A DNA stretch of 64,000 bases from Octopus sinensis (taxonomy: Eukaryota). The notes under the pieces are model-generated. The model was not told the DNA's origin, did no database searches, and was given only the letters and a program-made list of their open reading frames with translations. The position numbers and the translations under genes are program-made. Shown in pieces: positions 42,581 to 55,869 of this stretch; within the stretch, counting starts at the first letter, position 1; every line of letters starts with the position of its first letter. The stretch lies in NCBI RefSeq assembly GCF_006345805.1, contig NC_043000.1, forward strand, positions 145,886,001 to 145,950,000, written 5' to 3'.

Positions 42581-42655
<75 letters not shown>

Positions 42656-42704
42656 CTAGATAGATATATAGATAGATAGATGGATAGATAATAGATAGTT
42701 AGAC

Positions 42705-42797
<93 letters not shown>

Positions 42798-43273
42798 TTG
42801 ACTTATATTGACTTATATTTCGTAATGATTTTATGTTTCACTTCCTCGCATATTTATCACGCATTATCTCTTCAGTTTCATCTTACCAGTATATTTAATC
42901 TAAGTAAAAATTAGTGGGAAATGAAAATTTAAACTGAAACCTCATATCGTAAAGAAAATGTATATAAACTATACAGTAAAATACACAATGCCGTATAGAA
43001 AATGTTGAATTCAAAATATTGATTATTTGCCTTCAAACACCTAAATCAAATGTTATTGTCTATTTCTAATTGGACTGCAATATAACTGTCATGTAAATCA
43101 TTCGCACAATTAGGAAATACGCAGTGTTAAAATATGAAAGAATATATGGGTGTATACATTGATCATATCATGTATATTGTATATACCCATAACTAGGTAT
43201 GCATATGCGTATGGGAAAGTACTCGTGTGTGTACGTATTCATGTTATAGCATATAGTTTATACTACCAACATA

Positions 43274-43328
<55 letters not shown>

Positions 43329-43440
43329 TATATATTTGCTTGTGTGCGCGCGCGTGTGTGTGTCTGTCTGTATGTGTGCTTGTGATTGTGTATACGTGTG
43401 ACTAAGCGCCGTGTGCAAATGTATATGTGCATATATATGC

Positions 43441-43543
<103 letters not shown>

Positions 43544-43595
43544 ATATATGTATGTATATATATACATATACATATATATATGTGTATATATATAT

Positions 43596-43627
<32 letters not shown>

Positions 43628-43821
43628 ATACATATAGTATGTATGTATGCATATATGTCCATACACATGCACGCTGATACATCTGGTGTATATTCATGTA
43701 ACTTGTCGAATAGCAGCATGCGAATGTGCGTATGGATATTAAGTTTATCTACCTCGTCATCTATCATTCTTCACACAAACATACATACACATACACACAT
43801 AGGTAGGTAGATAGATAGGTA

Positions 43822-43855
<34 letters not shown>

Positions 43856-43883
43856 AATAGATAGATAGATAAATAGATAGATT

Positions 43884-43928
<45 letters not shown>

Positions 43929-43948
43929 ATAAATAGATAGATAGATAA

Positions 43949-44061
<113 letters not shown>

Positions 44062-44404
44062 GAGTGAACGGTGAAACGAGAGATTTGGGACATACATCTA
44101 AATTTGTTGCAGATAATTTATGATCATGATTTCTGTAAGATTGAGCTGTTTTCTTCTAATCGATTCAATTGCGTATAGTGAAGTCAACGAAATTTATTAC
44201 CTAACGTCGCAACCAAAAGACAAAGACGCTTCTGTCTAACTTTTCGTTCTCACTGCCATCTTCGCCAGTCACTTATCAATAGTCTTTTTTCTTCTATATT
44301 CTAGATCTTACATAATTATGATTAATAACGTTATCCTTTTCCTGCCGATGGATTGTCATCGATTTACAACCTTCAGGAAACAGCGTTATTTGTATATATA
44401 TATA

Positions 44405-44530
44405 TATACCGGAGTAAAAACATAAATGTGAAAGAAGGTGGATAAAAGAGTACTCAAATACCAGGGGTAGAGTAATATGCTTTATTTAAAAGCAGCAGAA
44501 AATTCAACAAAACTTGTTACTCTGAGTTTC
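44405..44530 (-). mobile_element. Truncated repeat ending in an HHR 3' half
   Basis: Minus strand GTGAAACTCAGAGTA has GAAA, a CTC/GAG stem III and GUA; the 5' core is absent. Confidence 0.4.
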
Positions 44531-44839
44531 ACGGCCTTTATTAACACGTATACACGATCACACGCACACATAGAGACAGACGCACACATACACACATACA
44601 TACATACATATATATATATTGTCATACTTAGGGATGGTCACATTTTACGAAATAAACACACGCACTACATATATGGTCTTCATTTCAGTTGCTATTATTT
44701 TTGTTCCTCTGAGCAATTTCTTTCGTCACACATTCATTTACATTTTCAGCGACTCTCTGCTTGTTCTGCTTCTTTCATTTTGTCTTTCGGTCGTGTGTAT
44801 CACTCCCTGCGCATGCGTTTCACATGATACCAGGACACA

Positions 44840-45325
44840 GATTTTTTTTATTGAAGCATTGAGCTCAACCATTTTTTTTTTCCTCTTGGAACAACCAGTA
44901 CTGTTTGTCGGAAGTCTCCTGACAATAATACTGTGACATTTCCCATCATGAAATTGCATTTTCTAATGTCTCGTAATATTCTGTCAACATCTTCAAAAGC
45001 TTTTTTGCGGACCATGGTACATTCATCCCAGACAATTAAGTGACATTTTTGTATTAGTTCACCAATTGCAGAATTTTTAGGTCGATATCAAACTGGATAT
45101 TGTTTGTTAGATAAATCTAAAGGTAACTTGAATATGAAACGGGCAGTCCGACCTTCGGGTAGTAATGTTGCTGCAATCCCAGAAGTAGCAGTAGCTAAAG
45201 CTATTTTATTTTATTTGCGAACTTTAACCAGAAGGAGTTTTATTTAAAACAATGTTTTGCCTGTACCTCCTTGAACAGCTAAGAAATAAAGTCCTCCTGT
45301 GTTATTGTTTTTACGTTCTATGACA
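44840..45325 (-). pseudogene. Helitron PIF1-type helicase fragment
   Basis: GGLYFLAVQGGTGKT, ATSGIAATLLPEGRTA, IVWDECTM and VLLSGDFRQ, with in-frame stops. Confidence 0.88.
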
Positions 45326-45989
45326 GTGTGTGTTCTTTTAGTGAGAGAAAGATAGAGAAAGACAGAAAGAGACAAAGGGAGAAAGAAAGAGAGAAAGAGA
45401 AAGGGAGAACGGAAGAGAGAGAAAGAAACAGAGGTAAATACACAGATAGAGGAGAAAGAAAATAATAGAAAGATGGTGTCTGGTTTTAGTTTCACTTTGC
45501 GGGACAAACAGAGACAGAATCTCTTTGAAGTAACATGGCAGAGAGACAGACGGGCAGACAGAGAGATAATATAGAGGGGGAGAGAGAATACAGGAAACAT
45601 AGAAAGAAAATCATAGAGAGAGTGTGTCTGGTTTTAGTTTCATTTTGTGAGACAAACAGAGGGAATCTCACTTTTATATATATATAGATATACATATCAC
45701 ATGCTAAAATGCCTGAAGGCCGCATGCTATAAAGTTTTAGCAACAGTATCATGTCGCAACGAGTCGTAATATAACTATGACATTTTTGGCAACTGTTATG
45801 TTCTTCAAATGAGTGGTACAAATGATATTAACGGTTGATTCTTCGGATTAAAAGAGCGCTACTCGCTTTTACTCCATTAAATATTTCATAGCTATTTTTC
45901 TGTTCTGACTTTGCAAATGAATAACCTTCGATTTTCAACGTATGAATTAATTGAAGATGAACTTCGTGTTAATATTATCATCCTCCATA

Positions 45990-47660
45990 CAGGCAGTAAG
46001 CTGACAGAACAATAAGCACACCGGGCGAAATGCTTAGCGGCATTTCGTCTGTTCTCAGGTTGCGAGTTCAATCTCGACTGATGTCAACCTTGCCTGTCAT
46101 CCTTTCGAAGTTGATAAAATTAGAGCCAGATGAGTATTGGAATCGATGTAATCGACTAACCCACTCCTCTGAATTTACTGTCCTTGAGACAAAATTTGAA
46201 ACCAGTATCATCATCATCGCCATCTTCACTAAGGTCGTGAGCTGGCAGAATCGCGAACACACCGGAAAGATGCTTTGTGGCATTTTGTCCGTCTTTATGT
46301 TCAGACTTCAAATTCCGCCGAGAACGACTTTGCATTTCATTCTTTCGGGATCGATGCAATCGGCTTGTACCACACCATAAAATTCCCGGCCTTGTGCCAA
46401 ATTTTGAAATCAGTATCATTATCCTCCTCGAGTTTATGGAAAACATACCTATGTATGATACTTTTATGGTGTGCTGAGTGTGTGTGTTCCAAGCGTTAAC
46501 TGAAGTAATACTAGTCCTCCATCCCATTTACATGTGAGATTATCAGAAATGAAGTTTTTCTAAAGGAGATCACTAAAGATCTGTAAGATATGGTTTAATC
46601 TATAATTGTGCGCTTGGTTTTCTACTAAATCTTTGAAGTTATTGTTGATTAGACAGTGACTTATTTCTTTATTACCCACAAGGGGCTAAACACAGAGGGG
46701 ACAAACAAGGACAGACATAGGTATTAAGTCGATTACATCGACCCCAGTGCGTAACTCGTACTTAATTTATCGACCCCGAAAGGATGAAAGGCAAAATCGA
46801 CCTCGGCAGAATTTGAACTCACAACGTAACGCAGACGAAATACCGCTAAGCATTTCGCCCGGCGTGCTAACAATTCTGCCAGCTCGCCGCCTAATTAGAC
46901 AGTGACCGTTTAATAACATGCATCACTCTTGTCGACCCACACTGATTTTAATTCATTTCTTCACTGTCTGTAAGTATCACTGTTTCTGTGGAAATTTGTA
47001 CTTGGTGCTAAGATCTTGTGTGTTACTGTACCTATAGGACTAATTTCCGCTCAGCATTTCGTCCGGAGGACAAACAATACTGTCAGCTCACCACCTTATA
47101 TATATATATATACAGTGGACTTCTTTTAGTTACCGTCAACTAAATCCACTCACAAGGCTTTGGTCGGACCGAGGCTAAAATAGAAGATATTTGCCGAAGA
47201 TACCACGCAGTGTGACTGAACCCGTAATTATATGAGTGGGAAGCAAGCTTCTTACCACTCAACCACGCCTGCTCCTATATATATGTGGTGGTGGGGGGTG
47301 AGGGCGGTTATGTATTTATGTATATATGTATGTTTTGTGTGTGTATGTATGTATCTATGAATCCAAAAGATACAAAAAGCGCATGGTTCAGTCGTTAGAG
47401 CGTCGACCTCACAATCATGAGGTGTTGATTTCGATTCCCGGACCAAACTGTGTGCTGTGTTCTTACTGATGCCAGGCTGTATCAGCATTTGCCTTACTCT
47501 TGAACAACATCGGTGGCGAGGAGAGGGTGGTATGCATGGGTTACTACTGGACTGCTTGTCCTCTGTAAACAACCTTACCCAGACTTTTGCCTGGGAGAGG
47601 AAATCTCGGTGCAATCCCATGGTTATTCATGACCAAAGGGGATCTCCAACCGTTACACTA
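45990..47660. mobile_element. SINE cluster: B(+) 45990-46420, B(-) 46665-46892, A(-) 47095-47280, D(+) 47375-47660
   Basis: Each matches family copies elsewhere in the window. Confidence 0.75.
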
Positions 47661-47678
47661 CGTATGTATGTATGTATA

Positions 47679-47719
<41 letters not shown>

Positions 47720-47743
47720 TTTTAGATATATATATTATATACT

Positions 47744-47774
<31 letters not shown>

Positions 47775-48003
47775 GGAAAAAAGTCAGATCGAAAATACTA
47801 ACATAACTTTATAAAAATCATTTCAGTACCGGTTTCAGTCATTGAGGCATTTTCAACTGTGATAATTAAATACTTAATTAGAAAAATTAAAAGAATAGTT
47901 TTTTTTTTTAATAATATTTGTATAGCATTCAAATACAATTTGCATTTTCCTTGTTTTTGCCTGTGTGTGCATATATATACATATATATATATATATATTA
48001 TAT

Positions 48004-48068
<65 letters not shown>

Positions 48069-48417
48069 TAGTCAATTTAGGGTAGCAAAAAAATTCAATA
48101 GAAATTTATCGCAACCAGCGGCCTGGTGGAAAAGAGAAAATAGTCATCGACTAAATATATAAATATAACAATTTAGAGTGACCCCAACAGGTCACTCGTC
48201 CACCAGAAAGAGCAGCCATAACTCACACCGCCAAGTAGTAGTAATTCAGAAAATTAGGTGAAAATTTAAAAACATTTACCCTAATTCATCTTTTAGACGT
48301 TGCAACGTTTCTGTGTCATTAATGACACAGTCTTGAAAATTTCAGTCTTGAAAATTTTAAGTCAGATATCCCGTAGGCATCGATACAGACGCCTCGTGTA
48401 TATTTGTCTCTCCCAGG

Positions 48418-48519
48418 TCTTTTACTGATGAAGTGTAACCTATGGTAGATCGGCTTAATTTAATTTAATTAAGCTAATTTAATCATTAATGACACAGAAA
48501 CGTTGCAACGTCTAAAAGA
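48418..48519 (+). ncRNA. Type I hammerhead ribozyme
   Basis: Stem I TCTTTTA/TAAAAGA, CTGATGA 48425-48431, stem II GTGT/ACAC, GAAA 48497-48500, palindromic stem III ACGTTGCAACGT, GUC site after 48512. Confidence 0.8.
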
Positions 48520-48885
48520 TGAATTAGGGTAAATGTTTTTAAATTTTCACCTAATTTTCCTGAATTACTACTACTTGGCGGTGTGAGTATGGCTGCTCTT
48601 TCTGGTGGACGAGTGACCTTGGGTCACTCCTAAATTGTTATATTATATATTTAGTAGATGACTATTTTCTCTTTTCCACCAGGCCGCTGGTTGCGATAAA
48701 TTTCTATTGAATTTTTTGCTACCCTAAATTGACTAATTGATAATTTTCTGAATAATCTGAGATTGAATCGGCAGTTTATATTTACTGCTGATAAGTTTGG
48801 CGCGAATACGTCAGTCTTGAAAATTTTAAGTCAGATATCCCGTAGGCATCGATACAGACGCCTCGTGTATATTTGTCTCTCCAGG

Positions 48886-48986
48886 TCTTTTACTGATGAA
48901 GTGTAACCTATGGTAGATCGGCTTAATTTAATTTAATTAAGCTAATTTATCATTAATGACACAGAAACGTTGCAACGTCTAAAAGA
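48886..48986 (+). ncRNA. Type I hammerhead ribozyme, second copy
   Basis: Same fold; CTGATGA 48893-48899, GUC site after 48979. Confidence 0.8.
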
Positions 48987-49107
48987 TGAATTAGGGTAAA
49001 TGTTTTTAAATTTTCACCTAATTTTCTGAATTACTACTACTTGGCGGTGTGAGTTATGGCTGCTCTTTCTGGTGGACGAGTGACCTGTTGGGGTCACTCC
49101 TAAATTG

Positions 49108-49139
<32 letters not shown>

Positions 49140-49145
<6 letters not shown>

Positions 49146-49960
49146 ATAAATATAGGGAATATATCCAATTTACAGGGAAAAAAATCAGATTTAGGATTAA
49201 ATCCAATTTTATAGTAAAATATTATAAAATATTATTTGAGACAAAACCACTATTTTGCAAAACAACAAGGAAAGACTTAATCAATACATAAAATTTTATA
49301 AATAGTCAAAAAACCGCCACTACAATCGTTTTGTCTTGATCGACAATCTTCAGGTGGACTTCCAATCTAAAAAATCAAAATTTTAAAATATAAAAATAAT
49401 ACTTTTAAATAATTAAAGTATAAATGAAAAATATAAGTATATAATCCATATATAATCTATATATAATCCATATCGAAAATATAGACTAATTACCACGAAT
49501 TCCCTAAAAAAAACCATGATAAAACAAAACTCTTAAAAAATATAACGATAAAAACTCCCTTTGCTAAACTCTAAACAAACCTATAAAGTAAACCCCCTAA
49601 CCTAAACATTCACAACACAATACACACACGTAAACCACAGACTCACGACTTATACACATACCTATACTAACTTATAACCTCAATATACACCAAAACCCAC
49701 TCCCTCCCCACACATACAAATTAACACATACATCCCAAAACCTAAATAACAACCCATATACACATTCACACACAACAACAACACACTCACACGCAAAACA
49801 CTCACACACAAAAGATACATATACTCCCTCACATATACTCCTATACATACTCACTACTCGACATATACAACAATACTTACACACCCACAAAAAAATTATA
49901 TACATTTATGAGCTTAACTCACCTTAGCATCTCTAACAAACACTTGCAGTAACCCAATCC
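49140..49960 (-). mobile_element. PLE-like terminal region with decayed minimal HHR and G-poor plus strand
   Basis: Minus 49357-49317 reads CCAC CTGAAGA TTGTCGATCAAGAC AAAA CGATTGTA GTGG. Confidence 0.5.
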
Positions 49961-49998
49961 CATTCTCTCTCTCTCTCCTCTCTCTCTCTCTCTATATA

Positions 49999-50033
<35 letters not shown>

Positions 50034-50198
50034 CAAGATAAATGCGATACAATAAAATTAATTATAATCGCCGGTGTACCAGTACACGCCATATATTATA
50101 CATATATCATTACATTCAAGGCGAAGAGTGCACTAGATACACAATAGCTGGATAAATTTAGTGAGATGAAAATTAAAAACTTTTACAAACTTAACTTT

Positions 50199-50271
50199 TC
50201 TTATACTGCAGTTTTCGCAAATTCAGTAATAAAAATAGTATTTATTTACTCAGGCTGGCTCTTCAGTAAGA
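50199..50271 (-). ncRNA. Type I hammerhead ribozyme
   Basis: Stem I TCTTA/TAAGA, CTGAAGA, GAAAA (one extra A), ACTGCAGT, GUA; stem II lacks one G relative to copy 2. Confidence 0.65.
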
Positions 50272-50596
50272 TTCCTGTTAATGATGGGAAGACCATATCA
50301 ATAGACCCCTGTGCGTCTATCGAATGCTCTTCTAAACTATTCAAAACACTGCGCAGACTCAGAACAAACCCGACAAAAGGGGATTGTGGTATATCGTCTA
50401 ACGGTCAGAAATTTATCGAGAGAATATGTAAACAAAGATAAATGCGATACAATAAAATTAATTATATCGCCGGTGTACCAGTACACGCCATATATTATAC
50501 ATATATCATTACATTCAAGGCGAAGAGTGCACTAGATACACAATAGCTGGATAAATTTAGTGAGAGAAAATTAAAAACTTTTACAAACTTAACTTT

Positions 50597-50669
50597 TCTT
50601 AAACTGCAGTTTCGCCAAATTCAGTAATAAAAATAGTATTTATTTACTCAGGCTGGCTCTTCAGTAAGA
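50597..50669 (-). ncRNA. Type I hammerhead ribozyme
   Basis: Stem I TCTTA/TAAGA, CTGAAGA, stem II GCCA/TGGC, GAAA, palindromic ACTGCAGT, GUU site. Confidence 0.78.
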
Positions 50670-51085
50670 TTCCTGTTAATGATGGGAAGACCATATCAAT
50701 AGACCCATGTGCGTCTATCGAAATGCTCTTTCTAAACTATTCAAAACACTGCGCAGACTCAATATATATATATATATATTCATAGTGGTTATGAATATAT
50801 GTATGTGCGTGTGTGTAATTAGTAAGTAGGCTATTGAAATCACGGCCGCCAGATAGATTTCTGGACCGGGCGGGGGCTGTGTTGTGCAAAACACTTCATC
50901 ATAACACTCTATTAATTTCACGTTGCTCCAGACCCCGCTTTCAATCAGCCTAGCCAGTGGGGTGGCTTCATTCGAGGGCTAAAACGATGCAAAGCGTATT
51001 GTGACTAGTTTTGTGTAGCAATATCTGGTAGTCTAACCATGGATGCTTGATGCAGATATATTTATATATATATATATTATATATA

Positions 51086-51131
<46 letters not shown>

Positions 51132-51138
51132 ATATATA

Positions 51139-51884
51139 CGTTTCAGATTAGTCAAAATCGACCCTTCTCTCATCAGCTCAAATGCCCTTGTTTGAATCTG
51201 AAAACACTGAAAATGGGAGCATACCCTTTCGGCTTGTTATCGCTTCTGAAGATCTGTTCCAAACTAACAGTGCCAACAAACTCAAATATGCAAGCGAAGA
51301 ATTTCTGCTCTCCCCTTTCCACCAGCGTGGGTTAAAATCAGCAAACACTATGTTTTTTTCGGTAAAATCCGAGACATTAAGTAGAGAGAGATGAATTATA
51401 ATTTCAACTGTTTTCAGATTCAAACAAGGGCATTCTGAGCTGATGAGAGAAGGGTCGATTTTGACTAATCTTGAAACGTACGTACTCAAATAACCTTTGC
51501 ATTTGATTTTTTAATGTCTCTACCCCCATACTTCCTTGAGTTGAATTGAGCAAACACTATATGAGAGAGGTTTTCTTTAAGTGTTAGAAATAGTTTTATA
51601 AAAAGTTTTTTTTAGCTGCTATTTCTAACGAGTTCAGTATGCGGCAAAGTAATTTATTTTACTAAGCCCTTTTATATAATGTAATAATTTGAATTCGCCT
51701 TAAATGGTCCTTTGCATACTGAATACTTGGTGAAATTGATTAATTAATTAATTAATTTTACCCTCAATTGTTGAAATTATAATTCATCTCTCTCTTACTT
51801 CATGTCTCGGATTTTACCGAAAAAAACATAGTGTTTGCTGATTTTAACCCACGCTGGTGGAAAGGGGAGAGCAGAAATTCTTCG

Positions 51885-51887
<3 letters not shown>
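51139..51887. mobile_element. HHR repeat split into inverted, permuted halves
   Basis: 51141-51205 is the reverse complement of about 51410-51476; 51292-51410 is the reverse complement of about 51770-51887; (TA)n flanks. Confidence 0.85.
51436..51488 (+). ncRNA. Type I hammerhead ribozyme
   Basis: Stem I TGAG/CTCA, CTGATGA 51440-51446, stem II GAGA/TCTT plus GTC/GAC, GAAA 51473-51476, ACGTACGT, GUA site after 51484. Confidence 0.78.
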
Positions 51888-51941
<54 letters not shown>

Positions 51942-52818
51942 ACATATTAGGTAGGACTACAAGATAAATAAAAAATTATTAACATTAATAAGCAAATGTT
52001 GTTGATCTTTAAATTTTGTAGATATTTAATATTTTGAAAAAATGTGAACACGGAATAATAGAAAGTTTGCTTTTTGCATGTGATGTAACAGAATTCCGTT
52101 CTATATAATGCGTCCAATTCTAATCACTTAATATTTAAATGGTTCTTTCCTTCTGTTATATATGTGTGCGTGCGTGTGTATGTGTGTGTATGTGTGTGTA
52201 AGTGTGTGTTTGCGATTATACGTTAGAAACCGAAATGTTGTTTATTTGTCTTTACTTATATGTAAATCAAAAGAAAACAGTACATAAAACACTATCATTA
52301 TTTGAACTTGAATGATGTTGAGAAATAATGAAAACATTTACTATAAGAGGAGACTTTTCTGCTTGAAGTTGTTACGGATTAATGTCTATGATAGATTAAT
52401 GGAACATCTGAAAGGACAAAACATTATGGCAACCATTTCAAAAGACATTCGAAGAAATAATATTATGAAAATAAAACAAAATGGCTTAATTCGATTTTAA
52501 AAGATGTATAAACAGAAATATGCAAATATTTACTCCGAATTCCACTCTGCAACACTTCATGAACTTAGAAAGAAAAAGCAAAAATCATATTAAACTATAG
52601 TCTGTGTACATGTATACATGCATTTCATATAGACAAGTAAAATAGTAAGCAGAGGAAATATACAAACATCTACTTACATATTGGTATAAAGTACCCCTGT
52701 TTATACGAGTCCAAATGCGTTGACAATATGCATGCTTAATAGAATGTAATAAAATATATTTGTATACAAATATACTCAAATATACACAGTTTAGTATATG
52801 TATGTTTCATACATATAT

Positions 52819-52990
52819 AGGCGCAGGAGTGGCTATGTGGTAAGTAGCTCGCTAACCAACCACATGGTTCAGGGTTCAGTCCCACTGCGTGGCACCTTGG
52901 GTAAGTGTCTTCTACTCTAGCCCCGGGCCGACCAATGCCTTGTGAGTGGATTTGGTAGACGGAAACTGAAAGAAGCCCGTCGTATATATG

Positions 52991-53042
<52 letters not shown>

Positions 53043-53245
53043 TGTGTCTGTGTTTGTCCCCCTAGCATTGCTTGACAACCGATGCTGGCGTGTTTATGTC
53101 CCCGTCACTTAGCTGTTCGGCAAAAGAGACCGATAGAATAAGTACTGGGCTTACAAAGAATAAGTCCTTGGGTCTAGTTGCTCGACTAAAGGCGGTGCTC
53201 CAGCATGGCCGCAGTCAAATGACTGAAACAAGTAAAAGAGTAAAA
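52819..53245 (+). mobile_element. SINE family A
   Basis: Colinear with 170-570. Confidence 0.88.
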
Positions 53246-53539
53246 GAGAGGAAAGAGATATGAGTTCTTGAATATGTGTAAATATACATGTTTGTATGTA
53301 TATATGTATATGTGGGTAGTAACTTAGACTAATAGGTATTAGTCGATTATTGGAGTAATGTGTTTAATAAAGCACTGGGATGGTTTGGGCTACCTGGTGT
53401 CATCGGCAGTTAGGGTATATTCCGTTAACATTGGGCACGAAGACCCACCAATCAAGGATAGTAGCAGGGTAGGAAGAAAATTTCGTCGTACAAATTGAAG
53501 ACTAATACCAAATCTTCCTTCTGGTTACTTAATCAATTA

Positions 53540-54020
53540 CTATTATATATATGTGTGTGTGTGAGTGTGTGTGCATGTGTGTGCGAGTGTGTGTATGTAT
53601 TTATGTATGTATGTATGTATGCATGTATGTATGTATGTATGTATGTGTGTATGCGTGCATGTATGTATGTATGTATGTATGTATGTATGTATGTATGTAT
53701 GTGTGTATGCATGTATGCATGTATGCATGTATGTATGCATGCATGTATGTATGCATGTATGTATGCATGTATGCATGTAAGTATTTATGTATGTATGCAT
53801 GTATGTATGTATGTATATGTGTATGCATGTATGTATGTATGTATGCATGTATGTATGTACGAATGCCTGTATGTATATATGTCTGTATGTATGTATGCAT
53901 GTATGTATGCATGTATGTATGTATGTATGCGTGTATGCGTGCATGTATGTATGTATGTATGTATGTATGTATGTATGTATGTATGTATGCGTGTATGCGT
54001 GCATGTATGTATGTATGTAT
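53540..54020. repeat. (GTAT)n/(GCAT)n compound microsatellite, followed by a SINE B at 54024-54238
   Basis: Direct reading. Confidence 0.9.
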
Positions 54021-54314
54021 AAAGGCGGCGAGCTGGTAAAACTGTTAGCACGCTGGACGAAATGCTTAGCGATATTTCGTCTGTCTTCGTGTTCTGAGTT
54101 CATATGCCGCCCGGGTCCACTTTGCCTTTCATCCTTTCGAGGTCGATAAACTAAGTAACAGTTACGCACTGGGGTCGATGTAATCGAGTACACTCCTCCC
54201 CCAAAATGTCAGGCCTTGTGCCTATAATAGAAAAGAGTATATGTAAGTGTGTGCGTGCATGTGTGTATGTGTGTATATGTGTGTATGTGTGTGTTTAGAC
54301 GCATCTGTGCATAT

Positions 54315-55450
54315 GTAGGAGGTTTGGCTGAAAAGTTCATAGGCAAACCAAGGTATTGTCGTGAAATATGACCGGATTAGATTTACATGGATTTCATTGG
54401 TGAACATGCTTTCATTAAGTTCGTGAAAGTAGTCTTCAACTCCAGATATGACATCATCATCACAGTGATACCAATACCCAGCCAAGTAAGTGGCTTTTTT
54501 ATTACATGATGGAGCACAGATGATAATCATATGGAGCCAAATCAGGAGAATAAGCACAGTGATCAAACACTTTTAAATCACAGTCCCGCACACCAGGTAT
54601 TGAAACCGAGGACGTATGTGCTGGATCATTGTCCTAATGAAACAAGACACCTTTCGTCAGTTTTCCTGGGCATTTGGTCTTGATATCCTTTCGTTTATGT
54701 ATCAACAATTTGGCATTGTACACTCCATTGATATTGTAGCCCTTTGAAGTTAATCAATAAAAACAATGTCTTACACATCCCAAAGGTTGAGGTCATCACA
54801 TTCTCTACAGATGAAACGCCTTTAACACAGGCGAGGGTGAGTAATTCCACGGCATGGATTGTCTCTTTATCTCTGGCTCAAAGTGATTAATCTAACAATC
54901 GTCTAACTAGCTGGATTTGCCTCAAGCAATGTTGGATTTTTCCTGTGATGTCAGGTGTAAAAAGACTTGGCTCCCACTGAGCAGAAACTTTCGTTATGCT
55001 ACGTTCATTCAGCGGAATACTTTCAAACCATTGGATATTTTATTTATAATCAGCTGCCTGTCATCATCTATTGCCATGTGGTGAACGCAATTAATGTTTT
55101 ATTCAGTTGGGGGTGTGGCATGTCGTCCGTATCTTGGGTCATGTTCAATACTTTCCTTTTCTCCCTTAAATTCAGCTGCCCGGTTTTGAAATATCAATAA
55201 AACCCGAGAGTCATCTCCTAATTTATCAACCGTGTCAGCTTGAACACCCTTGGGGTCTAAACCATTTGTATGCAAGTACTTGATAACACCGTTCAAGAGA
55301 TGTGGCTACGAGTTATTTTTGAAGTCTTCTTTGAGCAGGCACATGATAGCATACCTGGAACCAAATAATTAGAAGTATTAATGCATACAAGTTTTCACAG
55401 CTCGAGCATCACTCCTTCATAATCAACCTATGAACTATTCACCCTACCCT

Positions 55451-55452
<2 letters not shown>
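54315..55452 (-). mobile_element. Degenerate mariner transposon
   Basis: Imperfect TIRs GGCTGAAAAGTTCATAGG / CCTATGAACTATTCACC; VIKYLHTNGL, AAEFKGEKESIEHDPRYGR and DDVISGVEDYF. Confidence 0.85.
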
Positions 55453-55484
<32 letters not shown>

Positions 55485-55522
55485 ATATATATATATATAA
55501 TATATATACATACATACATATA

Positions 55523-55567
<45 letters not shown>

Positions 55568-55869
55568 TATATATATATATATATATATTATGTATATATA
55601 CAAAATTTAGAGGACTGACCACTAAAAGTGGACAACCTATACGCTAAATATAGACGTCAAAATCGCCATTTTCCACGAAGAATGTGTTCTCAAGAAACAA
55701 CTCAGCAAAATCCAAAGTGTAAAAATAAGCAAGACAAATGAAAATATACGAAATAAAATTATTGAGGAAAGATTTATGGTTTACAAAAAACGTCTATATA
55801 ATAACAGAAAAAACTGTACTTTTATAAAAATGATATAAATATAAAGCTATATTATCACTTTATTAATTT

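Larger units (their letters stand above)
48068..49110 (+). mobile_element. HHR repeat: inverted arm (48068-48330) plus about 1.6 tandem units of ~469 bp
   Basis: 48068-48322 is the reverse complement of about 48484-48736; direct units start at 48343 and 48812; (TA)n on both flanks. Confidence 0.88.
50033..50761 (-). repeat. About 1.8 tandem units of ~399 bp, each with an HHR
   Basis: GATAAATGCG at 50037 and 50437; (TA)n on both flanks. Confidence 0.9.

Noticed and set aside
51245-51300. Second HHR-like core CTGAAGA followed by a CTGTT/AACAG hairpin
   Set aside because: No GAAA, stem III or cleavage triplet follows the hairpin.
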